Of a stretch of 64,000 nt of DNA, positions 29,139-43,098 are shown in pieces. A model generated the notes under the pieces. It did not search any database, was not told the DNA's origin, and saw only the letters and a list, made by a program, of their open reading frames with translations. The DNA is from the human T2T-CHM13v2.0 reference genome, Homo sapiens. The stretch lies in the NCBI RefSeq assembly GCF_009914755.1, contig NC_060934.1. One strand, written 5' to 3'. The position numbers and the translations under genes are program-made. Positions within the stretch are counted from its first letter, which is position 1. Each line of letters begins with the position of its first letter.

Positions 29139-29344
29139 AAGAAGATCTTATGTAAAGACATCATTTTATCTCCAACTGAAATATTTCTAGTTACATGTGT
29201 AATATTAAGTTTAGAGTAATACGTAGGTATAATCAGATAGTTTATCTGTCTCTTGTTTATGTGAAAGAAGAGGAGGAAGAAGAGGAGAAGGGACAGGAAA
29301 GAGAAAGGAAGAAAAAGTGGCAGAAGAAGAGGAGAGAGGAAGAA

Positions 29345-29985
<641 letters not shown>

Positions 29986-30264
29986 TAACAACTGATTATA
30001 CTTAAAGTATTTGAAAGTGAAATTTCCCTTTCTCATGTAATTGTGTATTCATTTCCATTTAATCCTTTCTGTGAAAATCACAACGCATTAATTCTCTTGT
30101 GTGTTTCAGTGTTGTCAGAATCCTTGTCATGTGATCTTTAAGTTACAGCTCTATGCTCTAGTTTATGTTCAAAATCTGATTTAAGATTCTTTAAGCCTTC
30201 TTGGTTTCTCTAGAAATGTGGATTTAATTCACCTGTAAGAGGTACCTAAAATCCTAGAATGTAT

Positions 30265-30561
30265 TTTTTTTTTTTTTTTTGAGATAGGGTCTCACTTTGT
30301 CCCCCAGGCTGGAGTGCAGTGGTGCAATCTTGGCTCACTGCAACCTCCACCTTTTGGTTCAAGCGATTCACCTGTCTCAGCCTCCCAAGTAGCTGGGATT
30401 ACAGGCACATGCCACCATGCCCGGCTAATTTTTGTATTTTTAGTAGAAATGGGGTTACGCCATGTTGGCCAGGCTGATCTCAAACTCTTGACCTCGGGTG
30501 ATCCACCCATCTCGGCCTCCCAAAGTGATGGGATTACAGGTGTGAGCCACTGCACCCGGCT
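30265..30561 (-). mobile_element. AluS
   Basis: Full dimer; TSD tgtattttt. Confidence 0.95.
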
Positions 30562-31944
30562 GTATTTTTCAAATGTCTGTATTTCTTTGAGTAATGGTTA
30601 TATGCATTTATAACATTTTCTTTTGGAAATGCATTTATATGCATTTATAACATTTCTTTTGGATTTTCAAATCCTAGAAGTAGCTGACTAGAAGAGTTAT
30701 ATTTTTAAAAAAATGACCTAGCTATATATTTTAGCAGGTACAACTATTAAATGTCTTCTTTGACATTTGATTAGGTTGCTTCCAAGTGGCATTCACTTCC
30801 TAAATAGAAATGTAGATGTCTTCAAAATGCAAACTGGATAAAGTTATACCCAGGGCTGAGAAGACATTTGCAAGTTGAATCAATGGCAGGATTTTTAATT
30901 GAAAATGAAAGTCTTCAACCGGATTCAACTCAGTCTAGCAAATTGAATTGTGCCACTCTGCTACACTGCAGATGTTAAAATTATTTCAAGCTCTGAAATT
31001 CTGATTTGATTTCATTATTCAAAATTGGTTAACTGAGATTTATCAAAATACCAAAAACTGCATTATCTCTTGGTTCATTTAAAGTTTCTTCTCTTTGATC
31101 GAGTTAAGGTTTGCTTAAAAAATATTTAAATATAACTTCTTAATTGTTGATAATATTTAAAGTATCAGCACTCCAGGTGACAGCATTTTTATCATTTCTT
31201 CTTATTGCTGCAAAGTTTATGAACCTGAACTCTGAAAGGCTGCATTTTTAAGTCAGAGAATGGTGTCCCCATCAAGGAGATACCAAAGTTGATATGTTAA
31301 GCAGTTTGAAGATCATGTTTAAGTTAATACAGAGGTACAAATCTGCAAAGTGATTGATTTCTAAGAATTAAAACAGATATACTTTGAATGAAGTCCTATG
31401 GAATGGCTGGTCTAAATTCTATTTCTGTTGCATTTAGCTTTCTATTTCTGAAGATATCATAAGAATTTTCATCCCGAGATAAAATTTTAGAACATTATTC
31501 TGCCTTTTTCCTGGAATACTTCTAAGCTTATATTTTTATTACCAAGTCTGTAGTGATAGATCAAGTGTCTAGTCATTTGTCATTCAGTCAAATTATTTTT
31601 TGACTTTCATACATAAATCATCAAAGCAACATATCTTTCCCTTTTTTTCTACTTTTTGTTGATTTTTTTTGTACACTTCTTTTGTGTAGATCATAGTCCT
31701 ATGAGCAAAGGGAAACTGTTATTTCATTTTGACAGGCTATTGAATATCTATCACTTTCTGTTTTTAAAACTGTAAAACATCTTGACATTTAGTTTTATGT
31801 TTGGTTTGTTTGACTACTTTTCATGACAGCACTAACCCTATTCTAAGTATATATGTATCATCATACTGAAAAGTTCTTCTACTTTACAATGTTAATTTGA
31901 GATTTCCCTGGAATTTAGGATTTCTCTCCCAAACTTTTATCTAG

Positions 31945-32325
31945 AGCTGTGGTTCTTAACTTTTTCTGTACATTTAAATCCCCTGGTTCCAGTCTGAGAT
32001 GTAATTGTTATTTTATTATTCCAACTTACAAAATTTCTACACTCAAACTATTCTCCATAACAATTAAATATTAGCCTCTAGGGCTGGAACCTGAGCACCA
32101 ATTTTTTTTTAATTCCCAGATTATTCCAATGTTAAGTTGATAATAAATGGTCTGATTCAATGCATAAATATTAAGAACCCTCAGAAGCACTGTGGGTGGA
32201 GATTCTTGTTAAAATGCATATGCTGATATGGTAGTTCTGGGGTGAAGCCCAAACCTTTGCATTACATTTTTTACAAGCACTTTGATAATGCAGTTGCCAC
32301 CAAGCCACAGACCACACTTGGAGTA
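31945..32325. mobile_element. MER5-like fragments
   Basis: gctgtggttcttaact start; cttgttaaaatgca...tttgcatt...gaccacacttggagta. Confidence 0.5.
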
Positions 32326-32581
32326 TCAAGAGTTGAATGGATATTTGACCAAAAGAAGAATAACGTATTTTACTCTGAAACTACCTATTGGTCCATTGGT
32401 CCTCACCTATACTTCCTGGCTTTCCTGAAACAGTATTTTAATTGGTGGCAACAAGAAATTATTTCTTTCTACATGTAGAAACTACATCTTACTCTGCCGG
32501 GGAAAGGAATCCAAAAGCATTATATCCATTATACCTCCTAACTCATGTTAATATAGTAAGTGAAAATGAGTCCATTTAAGC

Positions 32582-32697
32582 CAAGCTTGTCCAACCCTCA
32601 GCAGCTATTGTTGGTGTTAGTGTATTTTATGTGTGGTCCAACACAATTCTTCTTTTTCCAGTGTGGCCCAGGGAGGCCAAAATATTGGACACCCCTG
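32582..32697 (-). mobile_element. Internally deleted MER30 (hAT-Charlie)
   Basis: Ends caagcttgtccaacc / ttggacacccctg; perfect 8-bp TSD ATTTAAGC at 32574-32581 and 32698-32705. Confidence 0.85.
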
Positions 32698-32756
32698 ATT
32701 TAAGCTGTTGACAAATGTATTTGTTTTGGTAAAGGTAGTTAGTTACATTTTCTGTA

Positions 32757-32839
32757 TTTTGTTGAACCATATGAAATTGCTGATTTTTACAAAACACTTT
32801 TGACCCAGAAAGGTTGCAATTTCGTTGTTCAGCCTAATA
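32757..32839. mobile_element. MADE2-like mariner MITE
   Basis: gttgaaccatatgaaattgc...gcaatttcgttgttcagcctaata imperfect terminal inverted repeats, ~80 bp. Confidence 0.75.
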
Positions 32840-34566
32840 GTTTTACAAATTGTTGTCCAGCATAGGAAAATAAAAGAAAAAGAAAAATCACATCAGGATA
32901 TACTTTTTCCCCTGTAGGTTAATTTGTAGATAGAATGTGTAGTTAGAGTTTATGCTGCCGATAGGACACAGAACGAGATGATATAGCAGAGTGCCTCTTA
33001 GGAAATGCACACAGATGGCTTCCACAAAGTAGCTCTAAATGCACTTTCCATTTGCCATCAGCAAAATAATTGACCACCTCCCTTTGGTGGATACCTACTT
33101 TCCTTTCAGTGTCCGCCTCCTGTCTCATTTTCTACCTGCCCTGTTCCTATCAGAAACCCGGACCAGGGAACCTTCTACTGGAGGAAAGAAACTTCCATAT
33201 ACCATTAGATTTTGGAATCTGAGATATATGAGGGGCCCCAGGAACAGGTTTTGTGTTACCCAATATTTCCAATGCCCCTTCTCGGTGTGTTCTACATGTG
33301 TAAAGTGATTATTCTTTTTTAAACGTGAAATGTCTAGTTATTGTAGTAGATGGCCCTATACCACTAAAATATGTATGTCACTAAAACATCAATTAACTTT
33401 GATGCTGAATTGATTTGACTTGGTTTGATTTGCTCGGGAAACATTTCTTCAACTATTGTGTACCAGGCCCATTGTTAGGTGATGCAGATGCAAAGATCTA
33501 CATGGTCTGATGCCTGTCCTAAAGAAGCAAGTGGCCTAAGGGGATGACATAGAGAAGTAAATTGATATTTACGTATAGTGTGAAGAGTGCAAAGATAGAG
33601 TCAAGAAAAACTATATAAGAACAGAGAAGGGGTATCTAAACAAAAATGAAATTACAAGAATAGGTGATACTTGATCCAAGTTTTAAAGTATGGGCAGGAT
33701 TTCTGAGGAAAGGGAGAGAAGAAAAGAATTTCAGGAAGGGGATTGACATAGAAAGAGGTTCAGAAGCATGAAACATCAAGATCTGGTTGGATAACTCTAA
33801 AGAGCTGCCAGATTTGATTTTCCTGGGGTAAAGTTATATACATAGTGCTTTAAGGCTGGTGAGGCTGAGAAGGTGGGCTTGTTTCTCAACCTCACCAGCC
33901 ATAAAGTATCAGAATAAGTGGAGTGTCAGCATTCATAGTCTTTTATGCCAGGCAATGGGGTTTGAACTTTAACCTAGAGATCTTGGGAACCGTTTGTGTC
34001 ATTTTGACAAGGGAGTGTCAGGACACATTTTACATGTTTAGTAGTTGACCCTTGAAGTATTGCAGGGAACAGGAGGGACAGGAGTAAGACTGAGAGGCCA
34101 GAAAATCTAGTTAGGAGGTTATACTAGTAATCCATAGAAGCAATGGTCAGAGGCTAAAAAAAAGTAGTAGTTGACCATGGGAATAAAAAAAGAGAATGCA
34201 CAAGAGAAGTATTTACTAATGAAGCAGAAGCTACATGAGCTAATATTTGATTGGATGTGTGATTTACGTCATAGGAAAGTGACGAAGGTGGTTCCCAGGA
34301 CATGGGCGTAAGTTATCTGGGTGGACAGTGGTGCCACTGAATAGGAAATACAGGAAGAGAAAGGGGGTAAGCAGTGAATTTAATTTGAGCATGTTGATGT
34401 TGATATCTAAATGAAAATGTCAGTAGGCATTTTTCTATATAAGCCTGAAATTAACTTGAGAAATATAACCATAAGATACAAATTTAGGCATCAGCAGCGT
34501 ATAAATGACAGTTGAAGTTAAGGAGATGAATTAGGTATGGGAAGATAGTATAAAGATGAAAAGAGT

Positions 34567-34870
<304 letters not shown>

Positions 34871-34990
34871 GCAGGAAGGCAGGAAGGAAGGAAGGAAGGA
34901 AGGAGGAAAGAAGGAAGGAAGGGCGGCAGGGAGGGAGGAAACAAGGAAGGAAAGAAGGAAGCAGGAAGGAAGGAAGGAAGGGAGGGAGGG
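34871..34990. repeat. (GGAA)n-rich polypurine tract
   Basis: Direct reading; five perfect consecutive GGAA at 34882-34901. Confidence 0.93.
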
Positions 34991-35809
34991 CCAAAGACTA
35001 GAGAGGGAATACAGGATTTAAAGTCCTGTGAATAAAATCAAGAGTGTCATAGAGACAGCAAGAAAACAGAAAAGTTTGGTATCACAGAAACCAAAAGAGA
35101 ATAAAATTTCAAGGAGGAAGTAGTGAACAGTGTCAATGCTGCAGACAAGTCAAGTTAAAAAAAACACACACAGAAAAGTGACCATGAGAGTTGGTGGCAT
35201 AAAGACATTTGTTGATCTTGACTGGATTGCATAACAATCCACCATTGTACAATCTCCAGGCAGAATTTGAGGATTCTGTGGACAGTGAGGAAATTGGAGT
35301 CCACAAGGACAGACTGCTTTTTCAAGAAAAATGGAAGAAGGGAAGTAGAGATTCTTAATGCTGTTGTTTACCTGTCACAGGTGCTGAGGAGAAAGACCCC
35401 ATAAGAAGAAAAAGAGTCAAAAGATGACTGGGAGTGAAGTGATATATCCACAAGCATGGGTGGAGCCAATCAGCATGAATGAGGGAAGGGAGACAGGAGG
35501 GAGAAATTGAGGGGGTTTCATCTAAGATTGCTCTTTTCTCCATATAGTAAGACACAAGTAATATGGTGAGAGTGAGTGGGAAGAGGGCAGAGGTCATGGT
35601 GTTTAGGAGTTGAAAGACCCATAAAACATGAAACAGGAATGGGAAGGAAGCCAACTGCTGATGTGTAAAAGGCCCATCAGGTTGTGTTTGCAGCCTCCTA
35701 AACTTGGTAGCATTCCTTGAGGTTGTATGATTTCAACACTGAATTTTGTTCACGTGTGCTTGAATTAGCCATGCGTATTACTCACGTAATATGCTGATCC
35801 ACTTTAAGC

Positions 35810-35831
35810 AAAAAAAAAAAAAAAAAAAAAA
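35810..35831. repeat. A22 homopolymer
   Basis: Direct count; no adjoining Alu body. Confidence 0.95.
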
Positions 35832-36635
35832 GGAATTGATGTTGATGGTTGATGGAGAGAAAAGATATGCTAGTCTCAAAATGGCATAATGCTTTAAAGA
35901 GAGTAGTTTAATCCATTAGATGGTAAATTTAGTTAATCTTCTTCGAAACAGCTAGGTTTTCAATGGTTTGCTCCTCCCGTTAAGACTAATTTTTGCTTTA
36001 GTTTTATTCTTCAGAGCTCGAATTATTATTTGTGCAAGATTTTTAATGTAACTTGAGTACTAAGGACAGCAGTTAATTATCTGAAACTAATTTGTAACAG
36101 TTTTGTAAGCTACTGTGACCGAATGTTATTTCAGTTACAGTAATAAATTAACAACTTGTTGGATAAAGTGTCAGCCATAAGTGATTTTTAACACAGTTAA
36201 CATACTCACCAGCCACTAAAGAAAAAAAATGCAAAAACATACAGCTCAAAATTCATTGGAGGAATTTAAATGGAATTCTAAGAAATATTTGTTTAACCTG
36301 AAAAAGACAAGAAAGAAGGAACAAAGGACCATATAACAGATGAACACAAAGAAAATGAATAGCTAAATGGCAGACCAAATACAAACATACTAGTAACTAT
36401 TTCAAATGTAAATAAAATAAACACTTTCATTAAAAGCATAGGCTATCACACTGACTTTTAAGAAAGCCAGATCCAACTCTATGCTGTGTATAAGAAATGT
36501 ATGTGAAAAATAAAGACAAAGATATAAAATACTTCAAGGTAAAATTATAGAAAAATAGGTACACTGCAAATATAACCACAGAAAAGCTGGAATGCCTATA
36601 TAAATATCAAATTAAGTAGGCTTAAATTAGATTTA

Positions 36636-37012
<377 letters not shown>

Positions 37013-38031
37013 CAGGAAAACAGTGTCATTTCATTAGGAACCATTATAATTTTTTTAAGTTAGACAAAAAAAAAAAATTAAGAAGGATATATATTTGAAC
37101 AATACTGACAACCACTTTGTCATAATCCAGCAGTGTCCCTGGAGGGTTTTTTTTTTCAAGTTCACATGAAACGGTCACCAAAGTAGACCATATGTTGAGT
37201 CATAAAAAATATTAAATTTCTAGATTGTGGTCTTATAGACTACACTCTTTGACTGCAAAAGAATCAAACGAGAAGCAGTAACAATATAATGTCTATTGAT
37301 AAGAAAGTAGATCTTAAATGTTCTCACCACACACAAAAATGATAAGTATATGAGGTGAATAGATATGTTAATTACCTTGGTTTAATCATTCCACAATGTA
37401 TATATATAACAAAAAAGTATATTGTGTGCTGTAAATATATACAATTTTTATTTGTCAATTATGCTTAATGAAGTTGGGAGAACAATATATCTACAAAATC
37501 CTCAAATATGTGAAATGCAAATCAAACTTCTAATATATATATAAATATATATGAATATTGACAAATATATACAAATATATATAAATGTTTGATATATGTA
37601 AAATATGTATTGAAGAAAAGTACTATAAGAAAAATTACAAAATATTTTGATGGAATGATAACTGATACAAAATACCAAAATTTGTAGAATGCTGCTAAAA
37701 AGTATTTAGAAGGAAATTTATAGTTTTAAATGTTTATACTAGAAAGGATTAGAAAGGAAAAAAGGTTTAAAATTAAAAACTCATGTGTTCAATTTAAGTA
37801 GATAAGCCAATTAAGATTATCTCAAAATAATTGTGCCTAAAATTACAATTTTATTAAAAATATTAATTTTAAAAGAAGGAAATAAGAGTAGAAAAATAAA
37901 ATAGAAAACAGACAAATAACAGAGAATATTAACACAGTCATAAGCTTTTTTTTTGAAAATTTTAATAAATTTAATATCTCTAAGAAGATGGATTTTTTTA
38001 AAAATTATAAACATCAAAATTCAAAGCCTGG

Positions 38032-38316
38032 AGCTGGGCACAGTGGCTCATGCCTGTAATCCTAGCGCTTTGGGAGACCAAGGCAGGAGGAGCACTTGAG
38101 CCCAGGAGTTGGAGACCAGACTGGCTAACATAGCGAGACTCTGTCTCTACAAAAAAATTAAAAAATTAACCAGACATAATGGCATACGCCTGTAGTCCCA
38201 GCTATGTGGGAGGCCCAAGTCAGGGGGATCACTTGAGCCTGGGAGACTGACTTGATCACCTCACTCCAGCTCCAACCTGGGTGACAGAACAGGACCCTAT
38301 CTCAAAAAAAAAAAAA
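38032..38316 (+). mobile_element. AluJ, right arm degraded
   Basis: Left arm intact, A tail. Confidence 0.88.
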
Positions 38317-39423
38317 TTAAATTCTGTGTTCATCAAAAACTCTGTTAGGAAAATGAAAAGGCAGGTTACAGATAAGAGAATATATTTACAGTATGCTTAT
38401 ATTACAAAGGACTTGTATCCAGAAAATATAAATAACTCCTATAAAGTAACAATAAACCAAAACATGAATGGGATACCATATCATGCCCATTAGGATAGCT
38501 AAACACTACACAACACTAATATTGATGAGGATATGGTGCACTTGAACTCTATACATTTCTGATTGGAGTGTGATGTTGTGCAATCACTTCAGAAAACTCT
38601 TTGGCAGTTTCTTATAAAGTTCTGTCCTTTTAAGCCAGGAATTCCACTTCTATGTATTTATTTTAAAAAGAAAACATGTCCACACACACACACACACGCA
38701 CACACAGACACACAAAACTTGTAAGAGAATATTCATAGCAACATAATTCATAATTGTCAATAACTAGAAATAGTCCAGATGTTCATCAACAGAAGAATAA
38801 ACAAATTGAGTGCATGTTACACAAGGGGTTACTACTCAGCAGAAAAAAAATATGAACTACTGATACATGCAATAAAACAGATGCGTCCTAAAACATTGTT
38901 AAGCAAAAGATGCCAGACACAGTGGAGTACATGTAGTATGATTCAATTTATGTGAATTTCAAGTAAAATCAAGCTAATCTACAATAATGGAAATCAGCAC
39001 AGTGGTTGCCTATGCGGTGTTGGTCGGGGCTGTTAGGATGACTGTAGGTGGAGACAAGAGAACTTTATGGGGGAATGGAAGTGTTTCATATGATTTGGGT
39101 GATGGTTACTTGGTATATACAGTTATAAAAATTTGGCAAATTGTACATTTAAAATTCCTGTATTTCAAATATGCAAATTTGGCCTCTGTAAAAATAAAAA
39201 AAGAAGAAAGAAAAGAAGCATTTTGATATGTTTTCATAAACTAGGCATAGTTTTTTTTTAAATTCCTGTGAATAAATTCTTCCAGGCTTCTTAAAATTCT
39301 CAAGTAAAGCCAAATGATAATAATAAAAAGCTTATCCTTGGTGAACCAGCATCTCTAATTAGAAGGCATAAAATTTAACATTTCTGATCATGTGATTCAT
39401 GTTTTGCTTCCCATGTAGTTGAT

Positions 39424-39705
39424 GCGAGTTGTATAGTTGCACGAGTTGTATAGTTGCAAGGGCTTTGGTCTTAAAGTGTTGGGGGATGGGATTCAAGAAG
39501 AAGTTAAGGTTCCCTTGGGCTTTAAAACTCTGTGATTTGCTGGCCGGGCACGGTGGCTCACATCTGCAATCCCAGCACTTAGTGAAGCTGAGGCGAGAGG
39601 ATCAGTTGAGGCCAGGAGTTTGAGACCAGCCTGGGCAACATAGTGAGATCCCATCTCTACAAAAATTAAAAAAAAAAAAGTAGGTGGGCATGGGGGTGCA
39701 CAACT
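39424..39705 (+). repeat. Inverted templated copy of 40264-40531 (unique flank plus Alu 5' half), flanked by 17-bp direct repeats
   Basis: 39440-39705 is the reverse complement of 40264-40531 at ~98%; cttcccatgtagttgat occurs at 39407-39423 and 39704-39720. Confidence 0.95.
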
Positions 39706-39729
39706 TCCCATGTAGTTGATAATAATGAT

Positions 39730-39965
39730 AAAATTATCTAGCAATTATTGGGCTATTAACAATATACCAGGCAGTCTTCTGAGGGCTTTGCATGTTTAAC
39801 TCATTTAATCCTCACAGCACCCTAAGAAGAAAGTACTATTTGTAATCCCATTTTACACTTGAAGTCTCAGAAGCTCAGGGATTTAAGTAATTTGTTCATA
39901 GTCACATGGTTTCTAAGGAATGTAGCTGGTCTATAGCACCAAGGGCTCTGATTTCCAGGCATGCT
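39730..39965. mobile_element. MIR
   Basis: ttaactcatttaatcctcacagcaccctaag...cccattttaca. Confidence 0.75.
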
Positions 39966-40117
39966 GTGTGCTCTTTATCACCCTGCTGTCCTGCCAGGAG
40001 GGTTGCTTCTAATATGGTCCAGTAGAGTATATAGTCACTTGTTTGCTCTTCTCCTATTAAAGCCATCCAGTGTCTCAAAAAAAATAGCAGCACCAACTTT
40101 GCCTAATCATAGAGTTA

Positions 40118-40429
40118 TTTTTATTTATTTTTTTTAGAGGCAGGCATGGTCTAACTCTGTCACCCAGGCTAGAGTGCAGTGGTGCAATCATGGCTGACTT
40201 CAGCCTGGAACTCTTGGGCTCAAGCAATCCTCCCACTTCAGCCTTCTGAGTAGCTGGGACTACAGTTGTGCATCCCCATGCCCACCTACTTTTTTTTTTT
40301 TTTATTTTTTGTAGAGATGCTATCTCACTATGTTGCCCAGGCTGGTCTCAAACTCCTGGCCTCAACTGATCCTCTCGCCTCAGCTTCACTAAGTGCTGGG
40401 ATTGCAGATGTGAGCCACCGTGCCCGGCC
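40118..40429 (-). mobile_element. AluJ (donor of the inverted copy)
   Basis: Full dimer with T-rich tail. Confidence 0.92.
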
Positions 40430-42463
40430 AGCAAATCACAGAGTTTTAAAGTCCAAGGGAACCTTAACTTCTTCTTGAATCCCATCCCCCAACACTTTAA
40501 GACCAAAGCCCTTGCAACTATACAACTCGTGGAAGTGTCATATGCCCACACAGCAGAGTCTGTTTGCAAAGATGGTTTGGTGGAACAGGTCAGGTCAGGA
40601 CCAGTGTGCACTCCCTCAACTAAACGTGTTCTGTTCCACATTCAAGACATACAGCTTTATATTTCAGGAGACTTGGTGCTGCGGTAGCTAAGGGGCAGTC
40701 AGTGTGATAAATACAGCTTTATAATATCCATTTTCCTAAGCAGCGTGATTCTGTCCATGTTAAAGGCATTGTTTGAGCCATATTTTGCCAGTATTGGTGC
40801 AAAGCAGTGAAATATAAGTACCCTGTACAAGTGTTGCTCAGTGTTTTCATTTTGTTTTCTTTCTGTCCTATGTGGCACAGTTTATTAGTTCTCGTAACAC
40901 AAACTAAAATGAAATTCAAAGCTCTACCGAGCTGTTGTTGTTAATTTTGTTTTCAGGGTTTCTTTCTTTTTTTTTTTTTTTTTTTCCTTTTTCCTGCTTC
41001 TTATTCTGTCTCCCTGAGCTACACAGCACACACATAGAATTCTGCTCATTTACTTTCCTGGAGAGCTATAATGCGCATCAAACCACAGCAAATAGCAAAA
41101 AGATTGTATGGTTGTTGAGAACATCAGTGTCTAAGGTTCCAGTACTGAGGCACTCACACACAGGCTAAATGAATATCTCCAGCAACTAAATGAATCCCTG
41201 CTTCCTTGGGAGATCCAAAGGTTTTTATTAACGGTATGCATAAATTCAAGCACCAAAGAACTTGAGATTGATTTCGTATTCTGCAGTTTTCCAAAGAAGC
41301 TGCTTACAGATAACTGCGGAAGGGTTGATCTTATTTAGATAGGCTACTAGACCTCAGAAGCTAGACTTTTGTTTTTCAAATAGTGGCTGTGGATTCTATA
41401 TCCTATGTCCAAGCTACCGTTTGGGACAACATGGTTCCCTTCAGGTGGTTGCAAGTACGTGAGAGGCTGATCTTGGCGTTTCCGCTTGAAAAACTATTCA
41501 CTGAAATGTCCTTGCTCTCACTCAGCATGCCCCTAAGCTTCCGTGAGGGAATGGATTCCTTCTTTCCATGAGTAATTTCAAGAAGTCCTCTCATTGCCCT
41601 CTGCAGCCATGATTGAGAAGAATGAGGGTAGTAATCAACAGAATATTAATGAGAGTTAATAATAGTATTAACAATAATACTGAAGATCAATATAACAAAG
41701 TATACTAATCAATAGAATAGCAAGTAATATGAGTGGCACTAACAACATTAATACAACCATTCCATTGAGGATTTATTATATTTTAAGCACAATGCCAACC
41801 ACTTTGTAAGCATCCTCTCAGATCTTCACAACCATCAGGAGATAGCTCTTACTATTATGTCCATTTTGCAGAAAAGAAGACAGGATTGAAAAGATGCCGC
41901 TCCTTTAGGTCCAGCAGTGTGAGATCTGGTGTTATTCTTTGAAGCCCCAAAGGTTCCATCTTTATGTTAGTCAGGTGGTTTAGACACAGATCTGTCTTTC
42001 TACACTGATAAGAAGAGTGAAGGGGATTTTTCTTCCATGTTCAGAAAACTTAATGGATTTGATAAGTAGTAAACATTCATCCTTATAATCTCAGGTTATG
42101 CATATAAATGATCTGTTTGAACATAAGTGACTATTCTGAAATTGATAGAATAAATGGCACGGAGAGTCACTCTGTTCTGTACCTCCAAACCTTGAAAGTG
42201 CTTCGTCGGCCTATTTTTGATATTCCATAGTCACTATGAATATCTTTGTTAGGAAAACTCTACTAAGTTTTTTGTGTAGTTAAAAACCCTAATATCTTAA
42301 CCATGCAAAGGCTTGGCATGAGATTAAAAGAGAAAATAGTTTATTAACCTCTTTGGTTTCATATTTAGCTGAAAACGTTGGGTACTAGGATTTTCTTTTT
42401 CCCTGTGGATTCTTTGGTAGAAGCCGAGACACATTTTATTTTTATTTTTCAAAAATAATTTTT

Positions 42464-42837
<374 letters not shown>

Positions 42838-43013
42838 TTAAAAGTTAGATGTCATAAAGATCTTGACTGCTGAAAACATATGCGTAGGCAGATTGTTACA
42901 AAGAAGAGCACATATACACATAAGAAGTGAAAAATGATAATGGGTTTTCCAAATATTTATTTTTGGTCTTATTTGTACTATATATAAATACCATAAACCT
43001 TCTCTTTTTTCAA

Positions 43014-43098
43014 TTTTTTTCTTAAAGACAGGGTCTTGCTCTGTCACCCAGGCTGGAGTGTGGTAGTAGGATCAAAGCTCACTGCAGCCTTGATCTCT
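43014..43098 (-). mobile_element. 5'-truncated AluJ fragment
   Basis: agacagggtcttgctctgtcacccaggctggagtg...gctcactgcagccttga. Confidence 0.85.

Noticed and set aside
39429-40641. Pairs of near-identical ORFs on opposite strands (possible duplicated small gene)
   Set aside because: Fully explained by the inverted templated copy and Alu sequence.
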